This document shows positions 26,341-38,487 of a DNA stretch of 64,000 bases, one piece after another. A program made the translations under genes and the position numbers. Location: positions 6,696,001 to 6,760,000 of the forward strand of contig OZ024757.1 in assembly GCA_964016885.1 (NCBI GenBank), in the 5' to 3' direction. The stretch is from Eledone cirrhosa (Eukaryota). The notes under the pieces were generated by a model, which was given only the letters and a program-made list of their open reading frames with translations, ran no database searches and was not told where the DNA came from. Positions within the stretch are counted from its first letter, which is position 1. The number at the start of each line of letters is the position of its first letter.

Positions 26341-29300
26341 AGATCGGAGAGGGAGCGATCCGTCTGCTTGATTCCGATAACGAACGAGACATTCGTATCC
26401 GAAAGAACGTTTGTCTGGAAACTGGTGCAGTCAGTGAGTCGAAAAAAAAATATCTCGGTGGTAGTAGCAAATATTCGAACGAGACATTCGTATGCGAAAG
26501 AACGTTTGTCGGTGGTAGTAGCAAATATTCGAACGAGACATTCGTATGCGAAAGAACGTTTGTCTGGAAGTGGCGATCCATGCCCGGTGGATAGTTGGTT
26601 CCGGGTTTTACTATGATTGTTGCAAAACAGAAACTTAAAGGGATTGACAGAATTTGCGATTCCGGAGAGGGGGCGATCCGTCTGCTTGATTCCGATAACG
26701 AACGAGACATTCGTATCCGAAAGAACGTTTGTCTGGAAACTGGTGAGTCAGTGAGTCGAAAAAAAAATATCTCGGTGGTAGTAGCAAATATTCGTATGCG
26801 AAAGAAAAGATCTCGGTGGTAGTAGCAAATATTCGAACGAGACATTCGTAGGCGAAAGAAAAATATCTCGGTGGTAGTAGCAAATATTCGAACGAGACAT
26901 TCGTATTCGAAAGAACGTTTGTCTGGAAGTTGCGATCCATGCCCGGTGGATAGTTGGTTCCGGGCTTTACTATGATTGTTGCAAAACAGAAACTTAAAGG
27001 GATTGACAGAATTTGCGATTCCGGAGAGGGGGCGATCCGTCTGCTTGATTTCGATAACGAACGAGACATTCGTATCCGAAAGAACGTTTGTCTGGAAACT
27101 GGTGAGTCAGTGAGTCGAAAAAAAAAATATCTCGGTGGTAGTAGCAAATATTCGAACGAGACATTCGTATGCGAAAGAACGTTTGTCGGTGGTAGTAGCA
27201 AATATTCGAACGAGACATTCGTATGCGAAAGAACGTTTGTCGGTGGTAGTAGCAAATATTCGAACGAGACATTCGTATGCGAAAGAACGTTTGTCTGGAA
27301 GTGGCGATCCATGCCCGGTGGATAGTTGGTTCCGGGTTTTACTATGATTGTTGCAAAACAGAAACTTAAAGGGATTGACAGAATTTGCGATTCCAGAGAG
27401 AGGGCGATCCGTCTGCTTGATTCCGATAACGAACGAGACATTCGTATCCGAAAGAACGTTTGTCTGGAAACTGGTGAGTCAGTGAGTCGAAAAAAAAATA
27501 TCTCGGTGGTAGTAGCAAATATTCGAACGAGACATTCGTATGCGAAAGAACGTTTGTCGGTGGTAGTAGCAAATATTCGAACGAGACATTCGTATGCGAA
27601 AGAACGTTTGTCTGGAAGTGGCGATCCATGCTCGGTGGATAGTTGGTTCCGGGTTTTACTATGATTGTTGCAAAACAGAAACTTAAAGGGATTGACAGAA
27701 TTTGCGATTCCGGAGAGGGGGCGATCCGTCTGCTTGATTCCGATAACGAACGAGACATTCGTATCCGAAAGAACGTTTGTCTGGAAACTGGTGAGTGAGT
27801 GAGTCGAAAAAAAAATATCTCGGTGGTAGTAGCAAATATTCGAACGAGACATTCGTATGCGAAAGAAAAATATCTCGGTGGTAGTAGCAAATATTCGAAC
27901 GAGACATTCGTATGCGAAAGAACGTTTGTCTGGAAGTGGCGATCCATGCCCGGTGGATAGTTGGTTCCGGGTTTTACTATGATTGTTGCAAAACAGAAAC
28001 TTAAAGGGATTGACAGAATTTGCGATTCCGGAGAGGGGGCGATCCGTCTGCTTGATTCCGATAACGAACGAGACATTCGTATCCGAAAGAACGTTTGTCT
28101 GGAAACTGGTGAGTCAGTGAGTCGAAAAAAAAATATCTCGGTGGTAGTAGCAAATATTCGAACGAGACATTCGTATGCGAAAGAACGTTTGTCGGTGGTA
28201 GTAGCAAATATTCGAACGAGACATTCGTATGCGAAAGAACGTTTGTCTGGAAGTGGCGATCCATGCCCGGTGGATAGTTGGTTCCGGGTTTTACTATGAT
28301 TGTTGCAAAACAGAAACTTAAAGGGATTGACAGAATTTGCCATTCCGGAGAGGGGGCGATCCGTCTGCTTGATTCCGATAACGAACGAGACATTCGTATC
28401 CGAAAGAACGTTTGTCTGGAAACTGGTGAGTCAGTGAGTCGAAAAAAAAATATCTCGGTGGTAGTAGCAAATATTCGTATGCGAAAGAAAAGATCTCGGT
28501 GGTAGTAGCAAATATTCGAACGAGACATTCGTAGGCGAAAGAAAAATATCTCGGTGGTAGTAGCAAATATTCGAACGAGACATTCGTATGCGAAAGAACG
28601 TTTGTCTGGAAGTGGCGATCCATGCCCGGTGGATAGTTGGTTCCGGGTTTTACTATGATTGTTGCAAAACAGAAACTTAAAGGGATTGACAGAATTTGCG
28701 ATTCCGGAGAGGGGGCGATCCGTCTGCTTGATTCCGATAACGAACGAGACATTCGTATCCGAAAGAACGTTTGTCTGGAAACTGGTGAGTCAGTGAGTCG
28801 AAAAAAAAATATCTCGGTGGTAGTAGCAAATATTCGTATGCGAAAGAAAAGATCTCGGTGGTAGTAGCAAATATTCGAACGAGACATTCGTAGGCGAAAG
28901 AAAAATATCTCGGTGGTAGTAGCAAATATTCGAACGAGACATTCGTATTCGAAAGAACGTTTGTCTGGAAGTTGCGATCCATGCCCGGTGGATAGTTGGT
29001 TCCGGGCTTTACTATGATTGTTGCAAAACAGAAACTTAAAGGGATTGACAGAATTTGCGATTCCGGAGAGGGGGCGATCCGTCTGCTTGATTCCGATAAC
29101 GAACGAGACATTCGTATCCGAAAGAACGTTTGTGTGGAAACTGGTGAGTCAGTGAGTCGAAAAAAAAAATATCTCGGTGGTAGTAGCAAATATTCGAACG
29201 AGACATTCGTATGCGAAAGAACGTTTGTCGGTGGTAGTAGCAAATATTCGAACGAGACATTCGTATGCGAAAGAACGTTTGTCGGTGGTAGTAGCAAATA

Positions 29301-32300
29301 TTCGAACGAGACATTCGTATGCGAAAGAACGTTTGTCTGGAAGTGGCGATCCATGCCCGGTGGATAGTTGGTTCCGGGTTTTACTATGATTGTTGCAAAA
29401 CAGAAACTTAAAGGGATTGACAGAATTTGCGATTCCGGAGAGAGGGCGATCCGTCTGCTTGATTCCGATAACGAACGAGACATTCGTATCCGAAAGAACG
29501 TTTGTCTGGAAACTGGTGAGTCAGTGAGTCGAAAAAAAAATATCTCGGTGGTAGTAGCAAATATTCGAACGAGACATTCGTATGCGAAAGAAAAATATCT
29601 CGGTGGTAGTAGCAAATATTCGAACGAGACATTCGTATGCGAAAGAACGTTTGTCTGGAAGTGGCGATCCATGCCCGGTGGATAGTTGGTTCCGGGTTTT
29701 ACTATGATTGTTGCAAAACAGAAACTTAAAGGGATTGACAGAATTTGCCATTCCGGAGAGGGGGCGATCCGTCTGCTTGATTCCGATAACGAACGAGACA
29801 TTCGTATCCGAAAGAACGTTTGTCTGGAAACTGGTGAGTCAGTGAGTCGAAAAAAAAATATCTCGGTGGTAGTAGCAAATATTCGTATGCGAAAGAAAAG
29901 ATCTCGGTGGTAGTAGCAAATATTCGAACGAGACATTCGTAGGCGAAAGAAAAATATCTCGGTGGTAGTAGCAAATATTCGAACGAGACATTCGTATTCG
30001 AAAGAACGTTTGTCTGGAAGTTGCGATCCATGCCCGGTGGATAGTTGGTTCCGGGCTTTACTATGATTGTTGCAAAACAGAAACTTAAAGGGATTGACAG
30101 AATTTGCGATTCCGGAGAGGGGGCGATCCGTCTGCTTGATTTCGATAACGAACGAGACATTCGTATCCGAAAGAACGTTTGTCTTGAAACTGGTGAGTCA
30201 GTGAGTCGAAAAAAAAAATATCTCGGTGGTAGTAGCAAATATTCGAACGAGACATTCGTATGCGAAAGAACGTTTGTCGGTGGTAGTAGCAAATATTCGA
30301 ACGAGACATTCGTATGCGAAAGAACGTTTGTCGGTGGTAGTAGCAAATATTCGAACGAGACATTCGTATGCGAAAGAACGTTTGTCTGGAAGTGGCGATC
30401 CATGCCCGGTGGATAGTTGGTTCCGGGTTTTACTATGATTGTTGCAAAACAGAAACTTAAAGGGATTGACAGAATTTGCGATTCCAGAGAGAGGGCGATC
30501 CGTCTGCTTGATTCCGATAACGAACGAGACATTCGTATCCGAAAGAACGTTTGTCTGGAAACTGGTGAGTCAGTGAGTCGAAAAAAAAAATATCTCGGTG
30601 GTAGTAGCAAATATTCGAACGAGACATTCGTATGCGAAAGAACGTTTGTCGGTGGTAGTAGCAAATATTCGAACGAGACATTCGTATGCGAAAGAACGTT
30701 TGTCTGGAAGTGGCGATCCATGCTCGGTGGATAGTTGGTTCCGGGTTTTACTATGATTGTTGCAAAACAGAAACTTAAAGGGATTGACAGAATTTGCGAT
30801 TCCGGAGAGGGGGCGATCCGTCTGCTTGATTCCGATAACGAACGAGACATTCGTATCCGAAAGAACGTTTGTCTGGAAACTGGTGAGTCAGTGAGTCGAA
30901 AAAAAAATATCTCGGTGGTAGTAGCAAATATTCGAACGAGACATTCGTATGCGAAAGAAAAATATCTCGGTGGTAGTAGCAAATATTCGAACGAGACATT
31001 CGTATGCGAAAGAACGTTTGTCTGGAAGTGGCGATCCATGCCCGGTGGATAGTTGGTTCCGGGTTTTACTATGATTGTTGCAAAACAGAAACTTAAAGGG
31101 ATTGACAGAATTTGCGATTCCGGAGAGGGGGCGATCCGTCTGCTTGATTCCGATAACGAACGAGACATTCGTATCCGAAAGAACGTTTGTCTGGAAACTG
31201 GTGAGTCAGTGAGTCGAAAAAAAAATATCTCGGTGGTAGTAGCAAATATTCGAACGAGACATTCGTATGCGAAAGAACGTTTGTCGGTGGTAGTAGCAAA
31301 TATTCGAACGAGACATTCGTATGCGAAAGAACGTTTGTCTGGAAGTGGCGATCCATGCCCGGTGGATAGTTGGTTCCGGGTTTTACTATGATTGTTGCAA
31401 AACAGAAACTTAAAGGGATTGACAGAATTTGCCATTCCGGAGAGGGGGCGATCCGTCTGCTTGATTCCGATAACGAACGAGACATTCGTATCCGAAAGAA
31501 CGTTTGTCTGGAAACTGGTGAGTCAGTGAGTCGAAAAAAAAATATCTCGGTGGTAGTAGCAAATATTCGTATGCGAAAGAAAAGATCTCGGTGGTAGTAG
31601 CAAATATTCGAACGAGACATTCGTAGGCGAAAGAAAAATATCTCGGTGGTAGTAGCAAATATTCGAACGAGACATTCGTATTCGAAAGAACGTTTGTCTG
31701 GAAGTTGCGATCCATGCCCGGTGGATAGTTGGTTCCGGGCTTTACTATGATTGTTGCAAAACAGAAACTTAAAGGGATTGACAGAATTTGCGATTCCGGA
31801 GAGGGGGCGATCCGTCTGCTTGATTTCGATAACGAACGAGACATTCGTATCCGAAAGAACGTTTGTCTGGAAACTGGTGAGTCAGTGAGTCGAAAAAAAA
31901 AATATCTCGGTGGTAGTAGCAAATATTCGAACGAGACATTCGTATGCGAAAGAACGTTTGTCGGTGGTAGTAGCAAATATTCGAACGAGACATTCGTATG
32001 CGAAAGAACGTTTGTCGGTGGTAGTAGCAAATATTCGAACGAGACATTCGTATGCGAAAGAACGTTTGTCTGGAAGTGGCGATCCATGCCCGGTGGATAG
32101 TTGGTTCCGGGTTTTACTATGATTGTTGCAAAACAGAAACTTAAAGGGATTGACAGAATTTGCGATTCCAGAGAGAGGGCGATCCGTCTGCTTGATTCCG
32201 ATAACGAACGAGACATTCGTATCCGAAAGAACGTTTGTCTGGAAACTGGTGAGTCAGTGAGTCGAAAAAAAAATATCTCGGTGGTAGTAGCAAATATTCG

Positions 32301-34950
32301 AACGAGACATTCGTATGCGAAAGAACGTTTGTCGGTGGTAGTAGCAAATATTCGAACGAGACATTCGTATGCGAAAGAACGTTTGTCTGGAAGTGGCGAT
32401 CCATGCTCGGTGGATAGTTGGTTCCGGGTTTTACTATGATTGTTGCAAAACAGAAACTTAAAGGGATTGACAGAATTTGCGATTCCGGAGAGGGGGCGAT
32501 CCGTCTGCTTGATTCCGATAACGAACGAGACATTCGTATCCGAAAGAACGTTTGTCTGGAAACTGGTGAGTCAGTGAGTCGAAAAAAAAATATCTCGGTG
32601 GTAGTAGCAAATATTCGAACGAGACATTCGTATGCGAAAGAACGTTTGTCGGTGGTAGTAGCAAATATTCGAACGAGACATTCGTATGCGAAAGAACGTT
32701 TGTCTGGAAGTGGCGATCCATGCCCGGTGGATAGTTGGTTCCGGGTTTTACTATGATTGTTGCAAAACAGAAACTTAAAGGGATTGACAGAATTTGCGAT
32801 TCCGGAGAGGGGGCGATCCGTCTGCTTGATTCCGATAACGAACGAGACATTCGTATCCGAAAGAACGTTTGTCTGGAAACTGGTGAGTCAGTGAGTCGAA
32901 AAAAAAATATCTCGGTGGTAGTAGCAAATATTCGAACGAGACATTCGTATGCGAAAGAACGTTTGTCGGTGGTAGTAGCAAATATTCGAACGAGACATTC
33001 GTATGCGAAAGAACGTTTGTCGGTGGTAGTAGCAAATATTCGAACGAGACATTCGTATGCGAAAGAACGTTTGTCGGTGGTAGTAGCAAATATTCGAACG
33101 AGACATTCGTATGCGAAAGAACGTTTGTCTGGAAACTGGTGAGTCAGTGAGTCGAAAAAAAAATATCTCGGTGGTAGTAGCAAATATTCGAACGAGACAT
33201 TCGTATGCGAAAGAACGTTTGTCGGTGGTAGTAGCAAATATTCGAACGAGACATTCGTATGCGAAAGAACGTTTGTCTGGAAGTGGCGATCCATGCCCGG
33301 TGGATAGTTGGTTCCGGGTTTTACTATGATTGTTGCAAAACAGAAACTTAAAGGGATTGACAGAATTTGCGATTCCGGAGAGGGGGCGATCTGTCTGCTT
33401 GATTCCGATAACGAACGAGACATTCGTATCCGAAAGAACGTTTGTCTGGAAACTGGTGCAGTCAGTGAGTCGAAAAAAAAATATCTCGGTGGTAGTAGCA
33501 AATATTCGAACGAGACATTCGTATGCGAAAGAACGTTTGTCGGTGGTAGTAGCAAATATTCGAACGAGACATTCGTATGCGAAAGAACGTTTGTCTGGAA
33601 GTGGCGATCCATGCCCGGTGGATAGTTGGTTCCGGGTTTTACTATGATTGTTGCAAAACAGAAACTTAAAGGGATTGACAGAATTTGCGATTCCGGAGAG
33701 GGGGCGATCCGTCTGCTTGATTCCGATAACGAACGAGACATTCGTATCCGAAAGAACGTTTGTCTGGAAACTGGTGAGTCAGTGAGTCGAAAAAAAAATA
33801 TCTCGGTGGTAGTAGCAAATATTCGAACGAGACATTCGTATGCGAAAGAACGTTTGTCGGTGGTAGTAGCAAATATTCGAACGAGACATTCGTATGCGAA
33901 AGAACGTTTGTCGGTGGTAGTAGCAAATATTCGAACGAGACATTTGTATGCGAAAGAACGTTTGTCGGTGGTAGTAGCAAATATTCGAACGAGACATTCG
34001 TATGCGAAAGAACGTTTGTCGGTGGTAGTAGCAAATATTCGAACGAGACATTCGTATGCGAAAGAACGTTTGTCGGTGGTAGTAGCAAATATTCGAACGA
34101 GACATTCGTATGCGAAAGAACGTTTGTCGGTGGTAGTAGCAAATATTCGAACGAGACATTCGTATGCGAAAGAACGTTTGTCTGGAAGTGGCGATCCATG
34201 CCCGGTGGATAGTTGGTTCCGGGTTTTACTATGATTGTTGCAAAACAGAAACTTAAAGGGATTGACAGAATTTGCGATTCCGGAGAGAGGGCGATCCGTC
34301 TGCTTGATTCCGATAACGAACGAGACATTCGTATCCGAAAGAACGTTTGTCTGGAAACTGGTGAGTCAGTGAGTCGAAAAAAAAATATCTCGGTGGTAGT
34401 AGCAAATATTCGAACGAGACATTCGTATGCGAAAGAACGTTTGTCGGTGGTAGTAGCAAATATTCGAACGAGACATTCGTATGCGAAAGAACGTTTGTCT
34501 GGAAGTGGCGATCCATGCTCGGTGGATAGTTGGTTCCGGGTTTTACTATGATTGTTGCAAAACAGAAACTTAAAGGGATTGACAGAATTTGCGATTCCGG
34601 AGAGGGGGCGATCCGTCTGCTTGATTCCGATAACGAACGAGACATTCGTATCCGAAAGAACGTTTGTCTGGAAACTGGTGAGTCAGTGAGTCGAAAAAAA
34701 AATATCTCGGTGGTAGTAGCAAATATTCGTATGCGAAAGAAAAGATCTCGGTGGTAGTAGCAAATATTCGAACGAGACATTCGTATGCGAAAGAAAAATA
34801 TCTCGGTGGTAGTAGCAAATATTCGAACGAGACATTCGTATTCGAAAGAACGTTTGTCTGGAATTTGCGATCCATGCCCGGTGGATAGTTGGTTCCGGGC
34901 TTTACTATGATTGTTGCAAAACAGAAACTTAAAGGAATTGACAGAATTTT
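26341..34950 (+). repeat. rRNA-derived satellite: ~24 units of 317-587 bp containing a 54-bp subrepeat
   Basis: Unit starts at 26595, 26954, 27326, 27643, 27961 ... 34530, 34889. Each unit carries GAAACTTAAAGG.ATTGAC, GATTCCGGAGAGGG, TTCCGATAACGAACGAGAC (18S motifs) and GGTGGTAGTAGCAAATATTC (28S motif). Confidence 0.9.
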
Positions 34951-34959
34951 CGAATCGAC

Positions 34960-35230
34960 ATCAACTCGGCTACGGCTATCCCGTCGAGTACGAGAGTATC
35001 ACGGGATCAGAGCAACGGTTTGCTAGGCTGCCTCTGAGCGATAACGGCTGAACGCCTCCTCTTAGCCGGACCCGAGTTGTTTTTCGACAAGCGTCTCGAC
35101 CTTCTTAAGGCCCATGCCTTAGTTTGGCGATTGCCGTCCGTTCGCCGACGGCGGCAGCGTCAGCGGAAATGCCATTCTGTGACGACTACGACGATTCGTC
35201 GTCGTCCATTCGATTTACTGAAAGAGACTA
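34960..35230 (+). rRNA. 28S: Degenerate 28S rRNA 3'-end fragment
   Basis: AGTACGAGAG, CTGAACGCCTC...TTAG, CCATT...GACGACT and CGATTTACTGAAAG occur in the same order as motifs at the 3' end of eukaryotic LSU rRNA. Confidence 0.6.
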
Positions 35231-35245
35231 AAGTGATCAAATTGT

Positions 35246-37295
35246 GAAAAAAAAGTCCTGTGGAAGGTAGCAAAACAATTAGGAAGAAAATGGTTTGAAG
35301 TTGGTTGGTGAGTATAAGATTACAGTATCTTGTTGATTTCTATAAAGTTTACTTTTAACTGAATTGGTAAAAATGGATAAATTAGAAGACACAATATAAT
35401 AACTAATATTGTCTTCTAAAACAGGGAATAAAAATATGTTGGTGTATTGGGGGGGGGGGGGGGTAAACATGTGAGTTAATGGGAATGTTTTTGTTTGTTT
35501 TTATTGAAACATATTCAATCTACAGATAGGTTGTTATAGTTATTTAGTCTCGGGTCTGCCATTATCTGCAGATTTATAATTGAGGGGTGTTCCAGGTGTG
35601 ACCACCCTACATTATTCCTAGAGATTGTTACTCCTTCATTCTTCAGTCATCTTGGTCTTCTTATGAGATGGTGGTGTAGTCTTATTTATTGTTAAGGTTA
35701 TGGTCTTCCTTTGTCCACACTCTCTATCTATCTATCTATCTATCAAAGGCTTCCTTCTCTGGAAAAAGATGATTTAATATTCACAACCATCTGTCTAATT
35801 GTTTTCTGATGAGAATAAAGTTAATCTTGCTTGTATGTCTACCTGATCAAATGACTGGCTGATATCTTGAAGTCATTTACACCACAGAACTGTAGGAGTC
35901 TTGATCCCTCAAGCCATACCTCTAGCCATCATGTACTCCAAAAGAGTCTCACCTTGGTGCTACTCAACATGTCCATTAAATTTAGCAGCAAGGATGCCCT
36001 CTTCTTAGTGAGAGACAACTACAAGAGAGGTTCTTAGAGAAGAATAAGCCACTATAGTTAACTTTTGTTGACATAGAGAACCCCGATCTGTCATCTGGTG
36101 GTCCTTAAGGAAACTAGGTGTAGGGGAATGGCTTGTGAGGACAGTGCAAGCTATGTACAAGGGTGCTGTCAGTAAAGTGAGAGGAGGAATTCCAGAAACA
36201 AAGTAGGTGTACATCAGGGTTCAGTCCTCAGTCCGCTCTTGTTCATTATAGTCCTCCCTCCCTCCCTCCCTCCCTCCAAGCCATAACAGAGGAGGAGTAG
36301 TTTAAGACTGGATGCCCATGGGAACTTCTCTATGCTGACGATCTGGTTCTTATAGCAGAATCAGTAGAGGAGCTAGCTAGAGAATAAATTCTGGCTATGG
36401 AAACAGCAGTAGTTGGAATCAAGAAGACTGAGAGTGAACCTAGCTAAGACAAAAGTGTTTATAAGTAGAAGAGAGGACAAAACTCTGATTCTGTCAGGGA
36501 AATGGCCATGTTCGATATGTAGGAAAGGAGTTGGCATAAATTCTATGAAATGTAGTACGCAATGCAGATCTTGGCTACACAAGAGATGTAGTGGGATAGC
36601 AGGAAAACTGACTGACAGGTAGGGAGAAATACGTATGCAGTAGATGTACAGGGAAATTTGACAGAGATTGCAGTGATAGACACATTTTTCAAATGCAGGT
36701 GGGATCTATAGAGGGAGTTGATAGCTTCTGATACCTAGGTGATCAGATTAGTAAGGGAGGAGGGTGATATAAAATATATTGTTATCATGACTGTCTTTAT
36801 TATTTAAATTACCTCTGTCTATTTACAGATTTTACAGAGTGTACTGGGTGCTTTTATGATGGGAGCAGCAACTCTATACGATTTTACAGAGTGTACTTGG
36901 TGCTTTTATCATGGCACATGGCAGCAGCAGCAGCAGCAACTACGATTTTACAGAGTGTACTTGGTGCTTTTTACTCTGACATCAGCACTGAGGAAGTTGT
37001 CATATTTTCAGCTAAATTAATGAGTAGAAAAACCAAGTTTCTGCTACAAAAAATTCTCAGATTCAAGGGAGACATTCAGTTTAAGTATGGTATACTGTCA
37101 CTAAGGCAGCAAATTGGCAGAGTCGCTAGAATATCAGATAGCATTCTTTACATTATTTGTTTCAGCTCTCTGTTCTCTCAATTCAAATCCTGCTCAGGTC
37201 AACTTTGCCTTTCATCCATACAAAATAGATTAATAAAAGTACCAGTGTATTACTGGGGTCAATTCTTCTTCTAACTCTTCTGCACTTCCATTCTC

Positions 37296-37354
<59 letters not shown>

Positions 37355-38487
37355 GCTTCTTTAGAACACATCTGCTGTATTCAGACATGGAGCGGAGATG
37401 GGCTCCACCAAGTTTTAAAAATTGCCCTTTAAGCGCTGTATGTCAATATGGTGCCCCTATGATTCCCTCCCTCAGGAGTTATGGGACCATAGATACTGTC
37501 AATTGTAAAGAATAACAGAGATATTCAGTGCTAGTGTGGTGTTCTGTCAGTTGTGGAGATTGATGAATCTAAACAGAAATATCAACAGCACTTTTCATTT
37601 CTGAGTAACACATTTGTTACCAAGTGCTGCATGGCTGGAATGAAAATCAGTGCTGTGAAAACCAAGACATTCATCCTCTCAAGGAAGCTTGTGCAGTGCA
37701 CTCTACATGTAAATGGAGTCCCACTGAAGCAGGTAGAAAAGTTCATGTATCTCGAAGCTGTGTTCACGAGTGATGACAGAGACGGCAAAGGCACAACACA
37801 CAACAGAAGAAAAGAACAATGACAATTATTATTATTATTATTATTATTATTTGTTTTATTAGTTTTATTATAATAAAAATTGTGCTGTTAGTTTGCTTGC
37901 TATACCATCATGTACCCTAACCCTAAACCTAACCCCAACTCCAACTCTGACCCTAAACCTAACCCCAACCCCAACCCTAACCCTAACCCTAACCCTAACC
38001 CACGATAGAAGACGTTCGTTACCGCTGGAGCAACGCAAATTACTCCTCGGTTGACGCCAAAAACGAACGCCTTCTCGACGGCTAGCCGCATTTCGTGATC
38101 CGCCTTTCGATTGCGCTTCCGTCGCGGAAAAAGAATTGCCTTTATAGGCCGCCGCCGCCCGACCGGACCCACGATAGAAGACGTTCGTTACCGCTGGAGC
38201 AACGCAAATTACTCCTCGGTTGACGCCAAAAACGAACGCCTTCTCGACGGCTAGCCGCATTTCGTGATCCGCCTTTCGATTGCGCTTCCGTCGCGGAAAA
38301 AGAATTGCCTTTATAGGCCGCCGCCGCCGCCCGACCGGACCCACGATAGAAGACGTTCGTTACCGCTGGAGCAACGCAAATTACTCCTCGGTTGACGCCA
38401 AAAACGAACGCCTTCTCGACGGCTAGCCGCATTTCGTGATCCGCCTTTCGATTGCGCTTCCGTCGCGGAAAAAGAATTGCCTTTATA
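35246..38487 (+). repeat. Segmental duplication copy 2, truncated inside the spacer repeats by the palindromic satellite
   Basis: Offset ~12.77 kb from copy 1; the differences I could see are mostly microsatellite length. Confidence 0.95.

Noticed and set aside
26450-34860. CRISPR-like appearance of the 54-bp repeats
   Set aside because: No unique spacers, no cas genes, and the context is eukaryotic.
26288-34875. Long ORFs (up to 569 aa) on both strands of the rRNA satellite
   Set aside because: They arise from a stop-poor repeat with a 54-bp subunit (divisible by 3). Frames switch with poly-A length and there is no recognisable domain.
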